The notes under the pieces are model-generated. The model was given only the letters and a program-made list of their open reading frames with translations, had not been told where the DNA came from and did not search any database. A stretch of 60,734 bases of DNA from a virus (taxonomy: Duplodnaviria > Caudoviricetes), in the IMG/VR virus record IMGVR_UViG_3300047558_000101, positions 1 through 60,734 of that record. The stretch is one strand, 5' to 3'. Position 1 is the first letter of the stretch. Each line of letters starts with the position of its first letter. The position numbers and the translations under genes were made by a program. Positions 34,915 to 44,677 of this stretch are shown piece by piece.

Positions 34915-36240
34915 TTATCTGGCGTAAGGGTTGCTACCTAAACCTGATTCTACTTTAGCGGAGCCCGGATTGAGCAACTCGTAAATACCTAGATCACGTG
35001 CCTTGCGCTCTTTTTCAGCGGGTGACAATTTAGCGTTCTTAGAGTCTTTTTCCCAGTCGCGGTAATAGCGCAAATTCTCTTTTTCGAGGTCAGTCATGGT
35101 AGCCCCGGGGCGCCCTGCGGAGCCTGTGGGGATCACTTTGCCTGCGGCTGCACTGATCATGTTGAACTGGCGAGCCAAGCCGACGCCAATTGGGCCAGCT
35201 TTCTCTGCATCAGTCAGTGCTGCGTACTGGTCACGAATGTCGTTGAGTTGAGATTCACGGCTTTGCAAGTCTTGCAGTGATTTAACGCGTGCATTGGACA
35301 GGCCAACAGAGGCGTCGCTTGCGCGGACATTGGCTTGAGAGGCTGCGATCTGCTGCTCTTTGCTTTGAACACCCAGCATCCATGAACCCAAAGTCTCCGG
35401 CTCAACTGCTTGTTTCACAAGGTATTCTGTGGCCAAGGCTTCGTTTTTGAACGACTGCGTGCCAGTGATCTTGCCACTTGCTTTGTCAATGAAGTTCAAA
35501 GTGACCGCACCACCTTTGCCGGGAACAATGGCCAAGTCAGTCTTGTCATCAAAGTCAGGGTCAGAGTTGTACAACGACCCGAGCTGAGCCAAGTTTTTAC
35601 CCTGCACCTTTTTCTGCACATTCAGCTTGAACGAGTCGTAGTCAGCTTTGTCGATGTTGAGCCGCTGGGTAACATATTTTTCAACTTGCCCCGGATTGAG
35701 TTTGAACTGCTCAACAGCAGCCTTTTTCAATTCAGCACCCGTCAAATTGGGGTTCTGCGCAGCATAGTCGCTGAAGTTTGCGTAACGAGTTTCAGCAGTG
35801 TCTTCACGCTCTAACTTGCCAACCTGTAGAGCAGCGGCACGGCCTTGTAAAGCGCGAGATTCCAGCTCGCTAGCCTTATCTTCCATGCCGTAGCCACGAT
35901 AGACATCAGCCAACCCTGCTGTGCGCATGGGCGTGGCCGCACGCTGAGCTTCTTGCATAGTGGCAAAGTTCTGCCCGCCGCTGGCGACTGAGTAGTCAGG
36001 TGCAGTCAAGCCTTGGCGGCGCTGCAACTCAGCGATAGCTGGTTCGTATTGGTTGGCCAACTCAGGGTTTTGCTGTTGCAAACCGCGCAGCTGCTCGATA
36101 TTGCTGCCGAGTTCGGAACCATACGCCCCCTCAGTCACTTTGTACTTCTTGGCTTCTTCAGCCAAGTCGCGCTCTATTTGCCCTTGGCGAATCGTCTCAC
36201 CTAGGCGGATACCTGCTTGTAAACCTGATGCCCATCCCAT
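34915..36240 (-). CDS. Internal virion / DNA ejection protein
   Basis: Starts MGWASGLQAG after an AAGGAG RBS. Gln/Ala-rich, in the expected position. Confidence 0.7.
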   Translation of the reverse strand: MGWASGLQAGIRLGETIRQGQIERDLAEEAKKYKVTEGAYGSELGSNIEQLRGLQQQNPELANQYEPAIAELQRRQGLTAPDYSVASGGQNFATMQEAQRAATPMRTAGLADVYRGYGMEDKASELESRALQGRAAALQVGKLEREDTAETRYANFSDYAAQNPNLTGAELKKAAVEQFKLNPGQVEKYVTQRLNIDKADYDSFKLNVQKKVQGKNLAQLGSLYNSDPDFDDKTDLAIVPGKGGAVTLNFIDKASGKITGTQSFKNEALATEYLVKQAVEPETLGSWMLGVQSKEQQIAASQANVRASDASVGLSNARVKSLQDLQSRESQLNDIRDQYAALTDAEKAGPIGVGLARQFNMISAAAGKVIPTGSAGRPGATMTDLEKENLRYYRDWEKDSKNAKLSPAEKERKARDLGIYELLNPGSAKVESGLGSNPYAR

Positions 36241-36250
36241 GGTGTGCTCC

Positions 36251-37261
36251 TTAGACTTTCTTGAACTCGATGCCGAGTGTTTCGTAGTTGACGGCGTCGA
36301 AGCCATCAGGCATTGTGAACACGGCGTGCGGGAATTTCTCTTTCACTTCGTCAGCCATGACGCCGATGTACTTGGTGCCGCTGCCGCCCTTGTACAAGAA
36401 CTCATACAGGTTGAGGCCAGTGCTTTCATCTACGCCGATGAGTTTGATGTCTTCTTTCAAGCGGCGATCTGATTTTGCGTACACTGCGCCAGCGCCGAGG
36501 GCTGCGCCCAACATCTCACCCTGAGCGTTGATGCCGGTGTTGTACGCGCTTGTCTGTGCGTTGAGAATGTTGCCAGCGCCTTGTACGCCGAGTCGAGCGC
36601 CTTCCATCATGGTGTTGACACCTGCGTTGTTGGCGTTTGTGAACTGGTTGCCAGCGGCCATGGCTGTGTTGGCACCTGCGGTACCTGCGCCTGTAGCGCC
36701 GCCGTAGGCTGCGGTTGATGCACCGGCGAGGCCACGGCCCAAACCAGCAGCATCCATGCGGCGTGCCCAGCCCATTTGTTCGGCTGAGGTGCGTGCACCT
36801 GTCATTGCGTTGGCGCGTTGGGCGGCGAGGCCCAGCATGTTTTGGTTCTGCATGGCGAGCGCCGCGCCGGAATTGGGGTTTACCCCACGGGCAGCAGCTG
36901 CACGAGAGGCCATGTCTTGGGTGAGTCCGAACGCTTTGGCGGAAGCTGCGGCTGCGTCACGGGCAAGTTGCTCGCGGTAGCCTGCGGTGCTGAAATCTTG
37001 AGCTTCTTTGACGAGACCTTGTTCCAGCGGGCGGAACGTTTTTGTCTGGTAGTCGTAGTAGTCTTTGGCTTGGCCCATCTGCTGCTCTTGTGCAGCCATT
37101 TGCTGATCTGCAATGCGCTGGAGCAGGGGCTTCATTTCCTCATACTGCCGTTGGGCAAAGTCCATCTGGCGGTTGCCGAGTCGTTCTGCTACAGCAACAC
37201 CTTTTTCGGTGGCTGCTGCCATGGCGCTGTAGTCTGGTGCTGGTGCTGATTTTCCACCCAT
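36251..37261 (-). CDS. Ejection/pilot-like protein with C-terminal S74 chaperone-like domain
   Basis: MGGKSAPAPDY start, Ala/Gln/Gly-rich body, then SDRRLKEDI...GVMADEV...VNY. Confidence 0.75.
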   Translation of the reverse strand: MGGKSAPAPDYSAMAAATEKGVAVAERLGNRQMDFAQRQYEEMKPLLQRIADQQMAAQEQQMGQAKDYYDYQTKTFRPLEQGLVKEAQDFSTAGYREQLARDAAAASAKAFGLTQDMASRAAAARGVNPNSGAALAMQNQNMLGLAAQRANAMTGARTSAEQMGWARRMDAAGLGRGLAGASTAAYGGATGAGTAGANTAMAAGNQFTNANNAGVNTMMEGARLGVQGAGNILNAQTSAYNTGINAQGEMLGAALGAGAVYAKSDRRLKEDIKLIGVDESTGLNLYEFLYKGGSGTKYIGVMADEVKEKFPHAVFTMPDGFDAVNYETLGIEFKKV

Positions 37262-37264
37262 GAT

Positions 37265-37681
37265 TTACTCCTTGCGTAGCCAACGACACTTGTCAGGCCA
37301 CATAACCAAAACGTGCATATCAGCGCCGGGTGCGCCGTCTTTCATCACAAACTCTTCTTCAAAGCCGATGTGCTTGTCAAATGCCAGTATTTTAGGCTCA
37401 TTTGATGGAACCATGCCAGTTAATCTTTTGAGCTTGCAAAAGTTAAAAGCGTAGTCGCATGAGGCTTCGATCATCTTGTGCACCAGCCGAGTCTGGCGGG
37501 CAATGGCAATGTGGGCGGTGGCATTGGCACCGTTGTAATTGTTGAACACCACACCGGCAATGATCTCCCCGTCGCGCATGACGCCAAGGGCGTAGAAGCT
37601 GCCCCACTCACAAGTTTGTCCAACCTGCTGGGCGACCCATGCACCGATGGCTTCTTTCTGATCGAGTACAAGTGTGTCCAT
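37265..37681 (-). CDS. GNAT-fold acetyltransferase-like protein
   Basis: YAFNFCKLKRLTGMV...HIGFEEE, a typical podovirus pre-ejection-gene position. Confidence 0.75.
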   Translation of the reverse strand: MDTLVLDQKEAIGAWVAQQVGQTCEWGSFYALGVMRDGEIIAGVVFNNYNGANATAHIAIARQTRLVHKMIEASCDYAFNFCKLKRLTGMVPSNEPKILAFDKHIGFEEEFVMKDGAPGADMHVLVMWPDKCRWLRKE

Positions 37682-37683
37682 GC

Positions 37684-37827
37684 TTACTCAGAGCTAGGTT
37701 GTTCAGCCTCAATGGCGGCTATTGCAGCCTCATATTCTTCGCTGTCGGGGGTAATGACTCTCAGGTTTACAGTTCCGTCGCCCTGATCTTCTACCTTCCA
37801 AACTTCGTCGTTCATCCGTTTATACAT
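37684..37827 (-). CDS. 47-aa acidic protein
   Basis: Fills the gap exactly and is coupled to the upstream stop. Confidence 0.55.
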   Translation of the reverse strand: MYKRMNDEVWKVEDQGDGTVNLRVITPDSEEYEAAIAAIEAEQPSSE

Positions 37828-39275
37828 CATGTGACCTTGTACAAATACCAATTCCAATCAGCCGAAACATAGTTGACGAGTCGGGTGTAAACGCTTACCT
37901 TCAAAAAGATTCGCGCATTCCCAGACCAACGCGTAATCGGCACTACCAGTGCTGACGCACCCCACTGAATGTTTTGAGGTTGGTTGGTTACATCAGACAC
38001 GTTTGCGTTAACGGTTGCGTTCGACAAAGAAATCAAAGCCAAAAATGTTGTTTCAGTACCTGACCACGCGGAAGACGCCGTGTTGGTTTCGATATAAAAA
38101 GTCGCTTTATCAGCTAAGGTGTTGTTGTTTGTCGTGTTGACTAAACCAGAAAAAGTACCTGAGTCGAACAAAAGCTGTCGTGAGATAACAACATCATTAA
38201 ATTCAGCCGCGCCGCTTTTAAGAATTTGCCAACCAGTGCTGCCAGATACAAACGTCGTTGACTGAATCGTGTCGCCAATCTTTGCGTTGGTAATCTCGCC
38301 ATCACCGATCTTTGCTGATGTGATTGCAGCGTTGGCTATTTTTGCGTTGGTAATGTTGGCATCTGCAATCTTGGCAGTTGTGATGTTGGCATCTGCAATC
38401 TTGGCCGTCGTAATGTTGGCGTCAGCGATCTTCGCAGTTGTGATTGCAGCGTTTGCAATTTTTGCGGTGCCGACTTCAGCGTCACCAATTTTTGCGCTTG
38501 TAATGTTCGCGTCAGCAATCTTAGCTGTCGTGATGTTTGCGTCAGCGATTTTGGCCGTTGTGATATTGGCGTCAGCAATTTTTGCGGTAGTCACAGACGC
38601 GCTTGCCAGCTTGGCCGAATCGACTGCAAGGTTTGCAATTTTTGCGTTGGTGATCTCTGCGTCATAGATGAACGCAGCTTTCATGTAGGTGCCTGCCGGT
38701 ATAGTGACACCGCCAATTACTGTGGGCGAGTTGAGCTGAAAGAACGGTGCTTCGCTGGTGCCACCATAAGTGTCGCGCAGCAAACCCATTGTGTAGGCAA
38801 GATCAGCACCGGTGGTTGCCACGGTGCCAGTGGTGGAGTTGTACGGCCCAGCCACGTTCTCTGTATTGACGTATCTAACCCAGTAATAGCGGGTGGACGA
38901 CGGCCCAAGCGAATCGGTGTATGTGAAGCCGGGCGTTTGGCCTAGAAGTTCGGCAGCGCCCAGATCGTTAGTGCTTGCGCCCCACACCTCCGCATAAGCG
39001 TGACCGGGGTAGGTAACTTCATCCCAATCAACTATCACGTTGCGTATGGCAGCTGTCGCTGTAACACCAGTAGGTGCCGGAGGAGTACCAAACACAGTGG
39101 TAATTGGATTTAGATTGCCGCTAGCATCAACGGACACGACTCCCGCATTAGCCAAATCTTGTGCACTTACGAGACGGCCCGCCCCATTACCATTGATGAG
39201 TTCACGCAGGCGATCGACAAAGTTGCGCAGGTCACGCGGGATGACCGAGGTTACGGATGGAAGGTTTTTAGACAC
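37827..39275 (-). CDS. Tail tip/fibre protein with decapeptide repeats
   Basis: FN3-like segment, about 13 TTAKIADANI-type repeats and GWQILKSGAAEFN. Confidence 0.8.
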   Translation of the reverse strand: MSKNLPSVTSVIPRDLRNFVDRLRELINGNGAGRLVSAQDLANAGVVSVDASGNLNPITTVFGTPPAPTGVTATAAIRNVIVDWDEVTYPGHAYAEVWGASTNDLGAAELLGQTPGFTYTDSLGPSSTRYYWVRYVNTENVAGPYNSTTGTVATTGADLAYTMGLLRDTYGGTSEAPFFQLNSPTVIGGVTIPAGTYMKAAFIYDAEITNAKIANLAVDSAKLASASVTTAKIADANITTAKIADANITTAKIADANITSAKIGDAEVGTAKIANAAITTAKIADANITTAKIADANITTAKIADANITNAKIANAAITSAKIGDGEITNAKIGDTIQSTTFVSGSTGWQILKSGAAEFNDVVISRQLLFDSGTFSGLVNTTNNNTLADKATFYIETNTASSAWSGTETTFLALISLSNATVNANVSDVTNQPQNIQWGASALVVPITRWSGNARIFLKVSVYTRLVNYVSADWNWYLYKVT

Positions 39276-40887
39276 CGCTCAACTCCGTCATGCTCTGGGC
39301 CATGGCAAAACCAAAAACCTCGGTGTTGCCTTCGATCTGCACTTCCCAGTCACGACCTGAACCATCAGGCAAACGGAATGGTGTGCGGCTTGCGGCGGTC
39401 TCGGTGTGGATCAGCGAACCGTCTACATAGAACTTCACAGTAACTGGGTAGGCTTCGGCATCCAGCTGTGCGCACGCCATGCTCATGGGTTTTGGAAAGG
39501 TGAACTTTTTCGACTTCCATGTGTAGGTCTTGTTGCTGCCTGTCAACCATGGCTTGACAGAGCGATCGCTGAAGGCCAAGAACAACTTGTCGATCTGCAA
39601 GTCATTGAAACCAGCCGTGGCGTAGATGTCGTGCAGAGTCAAAACACCAGAGGTGGTGTCGTAGATGAAGCCGCCCGATGTCGTGCCGTTGTTGTAGAAC
39701 CCAATGTACTTCAGGTCATGCTGGTATGCGTGGATGGATGTCGGTAAGAAATACGCCTGCCACTGTGCACGAGTGAAATACTGTTCAGTGATGATCTTGG
39801 AGCCGTTGGACGACAACATCACCAGACCGTCAGGGCTGGCGTAGATCACGGCACCATTGAAGCTCACAATGCTGCGCTTGGATGCACAGGCTTGCTCCAG
39901 CTCGGATTTCACCACGGTCATCGAGTCAGGGTGGCTACCTTGAATCAGGTACGGCACACCGGTGGTCATCACAGCCAGCGTAGTATCCATGCGGCCAAGG
40001 CCAACCACGGGGTAGTCCAGCGACTGCATGTACTGCACAGGCCACGCGTGCGGGTGGTAGGGGTCACAGAAATACACATCGCGGCCCTTGAAGCCAGCCA
40101 TGACACCGCCGGGCAAGTTGATCAAGCCCTTGAGTGTGTCGGGTGGTGGCAACCATGTGGTGGTTGGGATGGCTTCGCCCAAGTCCTCAGCAAGCTTTGA
40201 GTCAGCGTATGACGACGTGGCTGCAGTGATCTCTGCCACGAACAGGTAGGTGCCTGCGGTAGCGCGGTAGATGCGGCGATGGGTGACGTTGTAGCCAGAG
40301 GGGATGGATGCAAAAGTGCCAACAGTGATGGTCTGCCCGGGCACAGCATCAACATCCAGCGAGGCAGCGGCAGGTGCGGATTCAAACTCGAATCCAGATT
40401 CTTTAGACACCATGGTGTAGGTGTAGTTGCGAGTCTCAGGTGTGGCGGTAGAACCAACGGGCACCGAGCCAGCGGATACCGAGCATGCAGAAGTGGGTGC
40501 AGGCAAACCCAGTGGACGTGACACCGTGGGGTAATCCGAGCCAGACAGCGCCAGCGTGTTGTAAGTCGCCTTGGGCTGTGTGCCATCAGTGTAGAACGTC
40601 CACTCAGAAGTGTCACCAGCAATCTGGCTGCGTGCTACGTCAACGTCGGTTGTCCAGTGGAACCAGTAGTTGGTGTCCGAGACGGCGTCTTGGCCAAAGC
40701 GGTAGATGGTCAGCGGCGTGCCCACCTTTGTAAGCGTGGTGACAGACGAGCCGACGTTGGGCAGCGGGATCAGCGTGCCTGAAAACACAGAACAATTCAG
40801 CGCTGTCTGCGCTTGATTGTCTGCAAGCAAACGAGGTGACACCTTCGGCGAAATGCCACCAAACGTTTTCATCTGTACCAGTGCCAT
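39268..40887 (-). CDS. Tail nozzle / stabilisation protein (beta-propeller-like)
   Basis: 539 aa with FGGISPKVSPRLL and PYHPHAWP, in the expected position. Confidence 0.7.
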   Translation of the reverse strand: MALVQMKTFGGISPKVSPRLLADNQAQTALNCSVFSGTLIPLPNVGSSVTTLTKVGTPLTIYRFGQDAVSDTNYWFHWTTDVDVARSQIAGDTSEWTFYTDGTQPKATYNTLALSGSDYPTVSRPLGLPAPTSACSVSAGSVPVGSTATPETRNYTYTMVSKESGFEFESAPAAASLDVDAVPGQTITVGTFASIPSGYNVTHRRIYRATAGTYLFVAEITAATSSYADSKLAEDLGEAIPTTTWLPPPDTLKGLINLPGGVMAGFKGRDVYFCDPYHPHAWPVQYMQSLDYPVVGLGRMDTTLAVMTTGVPYLIQGSHPDSMTVVKSELEQACASKRSIVSFNGAVIYASPDGLVMLSSNGSKIITEQYFTRAQWQAYFLPTSIHAYQHDLKYIGFYNNGTTSGGFIYDTTSGVLTLHDIYATAGFNDLQIDKLFLAFSDRSVKPWLTGSNKTYTWKSKKFTFPKPMSMACAQLDAEAYPVTVKFYVDGSLIHTETAASRTPFRLPDGSGRDWEVQIEGNTEVFGFAMAQSMTELSGV

Positions 40888-40924
40888 GCGAACCCCTTAA
40901 AACCACTGCTGCGATTGTAGTTGC

Positions 40925-41539
40925 TTAGGCCAGTGCTGTGCCAGCGTCAATCACTGCCATGGCGTGCACAGTGTGTGAAATGCGCTCGTTGAGGCCGATG
41001 GTGCCGCCGTTGATACGCTTGGTCAGTCCAGTCCAGTTGGCAGCGTCTGCAAGCTCATTGCAGCCGTGTGTTGACCAGAACCAGCCAGCAGTCAGCACAG
41101 CGTACTTGGGCGTGGCCACCAGATCAGGGTTCATCACGAAGTCAACGCCGAGGGCTTGTCCAGCGTGGTAGTAACCGCTATGGCCGGTCAATTGGATGCA
41201 CCCGCGCCCACGGAAACGGTACCCATCCCCTGACGCTTCATCGCGGTTTCCCATACGGTTCGCGTAAACGCTGTTGGCAATTTTTCGCGGATTTCGCTCG
41301 AACTGCTTGGCAAACTCTAGCGTCGGAAAACGCTTAGGCCACAACTTGCACAGAGTCTCTGCGCGGTAGTTTAAATTTTCAGATAAAAGCTTAAACCCAC
41401 CGCTTTCATGGCCGCATTGAGCTATGAACGCTGCTTGTCTCTTTGGGGTATCTATACCGAATTTTAAAAAAGTATCGTTAAGGGGCTCGACCCATTCGGC
41501 ACTGATGTGAAGTTTTGCTAGTTGCTCTGCTGTAACCAT
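40925..41539 (-). CDS. Endolysin, glycoside hydrolase family 19
   Basis: AQCGHESGGF, ENLNY, FRGRGCIQLTG and TKRINGG motifs. Confidence 0.93.
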   Translation of the reverse strand: MVTAEQLAKLHISAEWVEPLNDTFLKFGIDTPKRQAAFIAQCGHESGGFKLLSENLNYRAETLCKLWPKRFPTLEFAKQFERNPRKIANSVYANRMGNRDEASGDGYRFRGRGCIQLTGHSGYYHAGQALGVDFVMNPDLVATPKYAVLTAGWFWSTHGCNELADAANWTGLTKRINGGTIGLNERISHTVHAMAVIDAGTALA

Positions 41540-41623
41540 TTACATCTCCTATAATGGCGCAACGGCCCGATGCGTCAACACCGAGCCGTCACTTTTCAAA
41601 CCATTGCATAGAGGTGCAACAGC

Positions 41624-42115
41624 ATGAACAATTTTGATTTTACAGCTTTGGAAAAACGATTGCGGTATGACCGCGAATCTGGTGACTTTTTTTGGCTTGT
41701 TCGCGTTAATAGCAAAGTACCAGCTGGGGCAAAAGCCGGAAATCGAATGAACACTGGGTACTGGCATATAACCATAAAAGGCAAAAAGTTTTTGGCTCAT
41801 AGACTTGCATGGGTTTTTGTTTATGGAAAATGGCCCAGCGGTCAGATAGATCACATTAATGGCGTTCGTACAGATAACCGAATAGCAAATTTGCGCGATG
41901 TAACAAGTTCCGAAAACTTGCAGAATAGAAAACGAGCGGGTAAAAATAATCCATATATTGGTGTGAGTTCGGTAAAAGGAACTACTAAATGGCAGGCGCA
42001 CATAGGTTTTGGCGGCAAGCAAAAAAATCTCGGACACTTTGACACGCCCGAGGCTGCACGCAAAGCGTATCTTGACGCCAAAAAGATTTACCACCCTACA
42101 GCCCCTGTGAATTAA
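41624..42115 (+). CDS. HNH homing endonuclease (antisense within the lysis cassette)
   Basis: LAHRLAW...IDHINGVRTDNRIANLRDV with an AP2-like tail. AT-rich. Confidence 0.9.
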   Translation: MNNFDFTALEKRLRYDRESGDFFWLVRVNSKVPAGAKAGNRMNTGYWHITIKGKKFLAHRLAWVFVYGKWPSGQIDHINGVRTDNRIANLRDVTSSENLQNRKRAGKNNPYIGVSSVKGTTKWQAHIGFGGKQKNLGHFDTPEAARKAYLDAKKIYHPTAPVN

Positions 42116-42569
42116 CCTGCTCGCGCACTGCATTGTAAGCATCTATACAAGCGTTTAATTGCGCTGTGTTTCTTTCGCCTTGGGCGATGATTTCTCCAAT
42201 AAGTTTAAGTATCTGTCCATCAGATTCGCTTCCCGCTTCTTGGCTATTTCCGGCGGCAGGGGCGGCACTTGAACTGGCTTGTACGCAACTTGAGGAGGGG
42301 AGGCGCACGCGCCCAGCGCTGATAGCACGATCAAGAGCAGACTGTTTTTGAGTGATGGCATCGTTGGCCTCCGTGAGTTGGGTTGATGTTTGGGTGATCT
42401 GCTTTTGCAGCTCCTGTTCTTTGGCGCGGGACTCTTCGTTGCGCTTGCCGATCTCAACCTGCATCTCCATGTCACGCTCCCACCAGCCTTTGTGGTGGCC
42501 GTAGTAGAACGCCATGATGCAAGCGATCAGGGCGATGAGAATGAATTTGGGGTTGGGTAGACCGATCAT
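42096..42569 (-). CDS. Inner-membrane spanin (Rz-like)
   Basis: N-terminal TM, coiled coil and C-terminal LNACIDAY. Confidence 0.82.
   Translation of the reverse strand: MIGLPNPKFILIALIACIMAFYYGHHKGWWERDMEMQVEIGKRNEESRAKEQELQKQITQTSTQLTEANDAITQKQSALDRAISAGRVRLPSSSCVQASSSAAPAAGNSQEAGSESDGQILKLIGEIIAQGERNTAQLNACIDAYNAVREQVNSQGL
42155..42361 (-). CDS. Outer-membrane spanin lipoprotein (Rz1-like), embedded in Rz
   Basis: GGAGG RBS, signal peptide with lipobox LGAC and a Pro-rich mature part, in an alternate frame inside Rz. Confidence 0.82.
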   Translation of the reverse strand: MPSLKNSLLLIVLSALGACASPPQVAYKPVQVPPLPPEIAKKREANLMDRYLNLLEKSSPKAKETQRN

Positions 42570-43078
42570 GTTTCAGCCCTCGCAGCAGCTCGCTCGTGAG
42601 CGATTTCTTCTTTGGATGGGTCAACGTAGTCTGGCGGTGTTGTAGGTGGCGGGGGTGCACGCCACTCTTCGTCCAGCTCAGGGTTCTTGAACCCGTTGAA
42701 GTTGAAGTCAAACATGCCCGAGGAAGCCGTAGGCGCGGGGCTATTACTTGGCGCTACGGCTTGGGGCTGTGGGGGTGTGGGCCCTTGCATGGAGGCAATC
42801 TTCTCAGACACTGCCTGTACGCCCTTGCGACTCATCACACCGCCGATACCACCCACCACGAGCAGCACGATGTCGTTGAGCATCTTGGCGAACGCCTGAT
42901 CCATGGGTGCCATGGACTTCAGAGGCTGGGTCACATAGGCCAAGCTGTAGAGCATGAACGCCACGATGCCAGCCAGAATAAACGTGACAACGATGACGAC
43001 CACGGCCCATACGCGGACCTCGATCTCTTCAGCGGTCAGAAGACGCTGCGGCTGCTGGGGTGTTTGATTGTTGAACAA
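42566..43078 (-). CDS. Two-TM membrane protein with Pro-rich tail (holin candidate)
   Basis: Two hydrophobic segments, located in the lysis cassette. Confidence 0.65.
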   Translation of the reverse strand: MFNNQTPQQPQRLLTAEEIEVRVWAVVVIVVTFILAGIVAFMLYSLAYVTQPLKSMAPMDQAFAKMLNDIVLLVVGGIGGVMSRKGVQAVSEKIASMQGPTPPQPQAVAPSNSPAPTASSGMFDFNFNGFKNPELDEEWRAPPPPTTPPDYVDPSKEEIAHERAAARAET

Positions 43079-43259
43079 TTTGTTTCTCCAATACAGGGGC
43101 TACGAGGTAATCGGGGCAATCTTGTGTGAACAAGCAGTCAGGGCGTTGGCAGCGCTTGGCTTGGAAGTTTTTCGGGTCTTGGCATGCGTATCTGTAGCGG
43201 TCTTCGCAAGCACCCAGTAACAATAGCGCAGCTAGCGCTACAAATAGTTTTGACTTCAT
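43029..43259 (-). CDS. Cys-rich lipoprotein
   Basis: Lipobox LGAC, then RYRYACQDP..C..P.C....CPD. Confidence 0.75.
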   Translation of the reverse strand: MKSKLFVALAALLLLGACEDRYRYACQDPKNFQAKRCQRPDCLFTQDCPDYLVAPVLEKQIVQQSNTPAAAASSDR

Positions 43260-43284
43260 TAGCTATTCCTCTTAGAATACTGCC

Positions 43285-43779
43285 ATGAGTGAATCAGATT
43301 TAACATTGTCTTTCGTCCTTGAAATGCTAGAGTACGACTCGGCTACGGGGCTGCTGCTTCAGAAAAAAGCGCGCCCAAAAATCAAAGTTGGCTCCATTGC
43401 GGGAGCGGTCACCCCTTTCGGCTACCGGTATATTCAGCTCAAAGGCAGAAAATACGCAGCGCATAGACTTGTATGGTTCATCGAAAATGGGCATTTCCCT
43501 CCGCATGACATTGACCACATTGATGGTAACAAACTCAACAACCAGATTACAAACCTTAGAGCCGCAACACGCAAGCAAAATTGCGAAAATAAGGGCGCTC
43601 AACGCAATAACAAACTCGGCTTGCGCGGGGTAAGCTACAACACTCGACTCAAAAAGTATATTGCGCAGATACAACATAACGGAACTAACCACCACTTAGG
43701 TGTGTTTTTAGACCCACACGCAGCGCACAAAGCGTACCTAGAAGCAGCAAACTCACTGTTTACTCACTTTCAACGTTAG
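43285..43779 (+). CDS. HNH homing endonuclease (antisense)
   Basis: AAHRLVW...IDHIDGNKLNNQITNLR. Own promoter TTGACT-17-TAGAAT at 43250-43278. Confidence 0.9.
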   Translation: MSESDLTLSFVLEMLEYDSATGLLLQKKARPKIKVGSIAGAVTPFGYRYIQLKGRKYAAHRLVWFIENGHFPPHDIDHIDGNKLNNQITNLRAATRKQNCENKGAQRNNKLGLRGVSYNTRLKKYIAQIQHNGTNHHLGVFLDPHAAHKAYLEAANSLFTHFQR

Positions 43780-43951
43780 GCTTAGGATCAGTGCGAGCTT
43801 TTTCACGTTTCTTTTCCTTTTCTTCCAATCGTAGCAACAAGGCTTCGGCTTTATTGAGTTGCTTGTGCGTGTGCACGACGCCAAACGATACCAACATAAT
43901 GCAAAAAAGCAACAATGTCACGATGGCAACCCATAACCAAAACTCTCTCAT
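43760..43951 (-). CDS. Small signal-anchor membrane protein
   Basis: MREFWLWVAIV... TM followed by a charged coil. ATGA overlap. Confidence 0.65.
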   Translation of the reverse strand: MREFWLWVAIVTLLLFCIMLVSFGVVHTHKQLNKAEALLLRLEEKEKKREKARTDPKPNVESE

Positions 43952-44676
43952 AGAGTTAAAAACAGTCCCGTCATCCACAGCGCCGCGAGTGCTACCACTA
44001 TCGCGTAGCCCAGCTTTGCCATTCTGATTCGTTGCCGGTACTCGCGTTGCCATTTTGCGTCGATTTCCTGTTTGCGCTTTAGCGCTCTGTCGAACTCACG
44101 CTCTTCCAAAATCTGGTCGTACATCTTGAGAAAGCGACTGTAAATGCTTTGAAGACCAATCTCCTTCGGAGTGTAAATCATGGTCTCGCGAATCTGTACA
44201 GTCATTTGTTCAAGCTGCATTTCAATCTGAATTCTGTCTAACGCCGCCCCTTCGATGTCTGACGTGGTTTTGCTTTCTTCTTCGAGCTGGTGGCAGTATT
44301 CGATGAGCTGTCGGCGGATTTCAAAGAACTGCTTGAGCTGCTCGCAGATTTTGTGGACCGCTTGGGTTTGGTACTCTTCGTAGGTGAGCTGCTCAACTGG
44401 CTTTTGCTTGTAGTTGATTCTGCTTGCAGATTTTGGCTCGACTGTGACAGCGGGTTTTGCTGTAGGCTTGGCGGCTGGCTTGGCACCAAATAGGCCCGTA
44501 ATCCAGCTCCAAAGTCCCGCAACTTCTGAGTAAATCGCTTTAGCATCGGCTACGCCCCCTTCGACGGTTTTCTTGAGCTTGGTAATCTCTTGCTTGCCTT
44601 GAGAGAGCAATTCGCACCCCTGACGGATTCCAGCCACAATGCCTTGTGCTGCCATGAGGAGTGTGAACGGGTCCAC
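43948..44676 (-). CDS. Coiled-coil protein with C-terminal TM
   Basis: 242 aa, MDPFTLL start and hydrophobic C-terminus. Confidence 0.75.
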   Translation of the reverse strand: MDPFTLLMAAQGIVAGIRQGCELLSQGKQEITKLKKTVEGGVADAKAIYSEVAGLWSWITGLFGAKPAAKPTAKPAVTVEPKSASRINYKQKPVEQLTYEEYQTQAVHKICEQLKQFFEIRRQLIEYCHQLEEESKTTSDIEGAALDRIQIEMQLEQMTVQIRETMIYTPKEIGLQSIYSRFLKMYDQILEEREFDRALKRKQEIDAKWQREYRQRIRMAKLGYAIVVALAALWMTGLFLTL

Positions 44677-44677
44677 A

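Noticed and set aside
41549-42142. 197-aa minus-strand ORF co-oriented with the lysis operon (also 43327..43695)
   Set aside because: These are antisense shadows of clear HNH genes on the plus strand and have no recognisable motifs.
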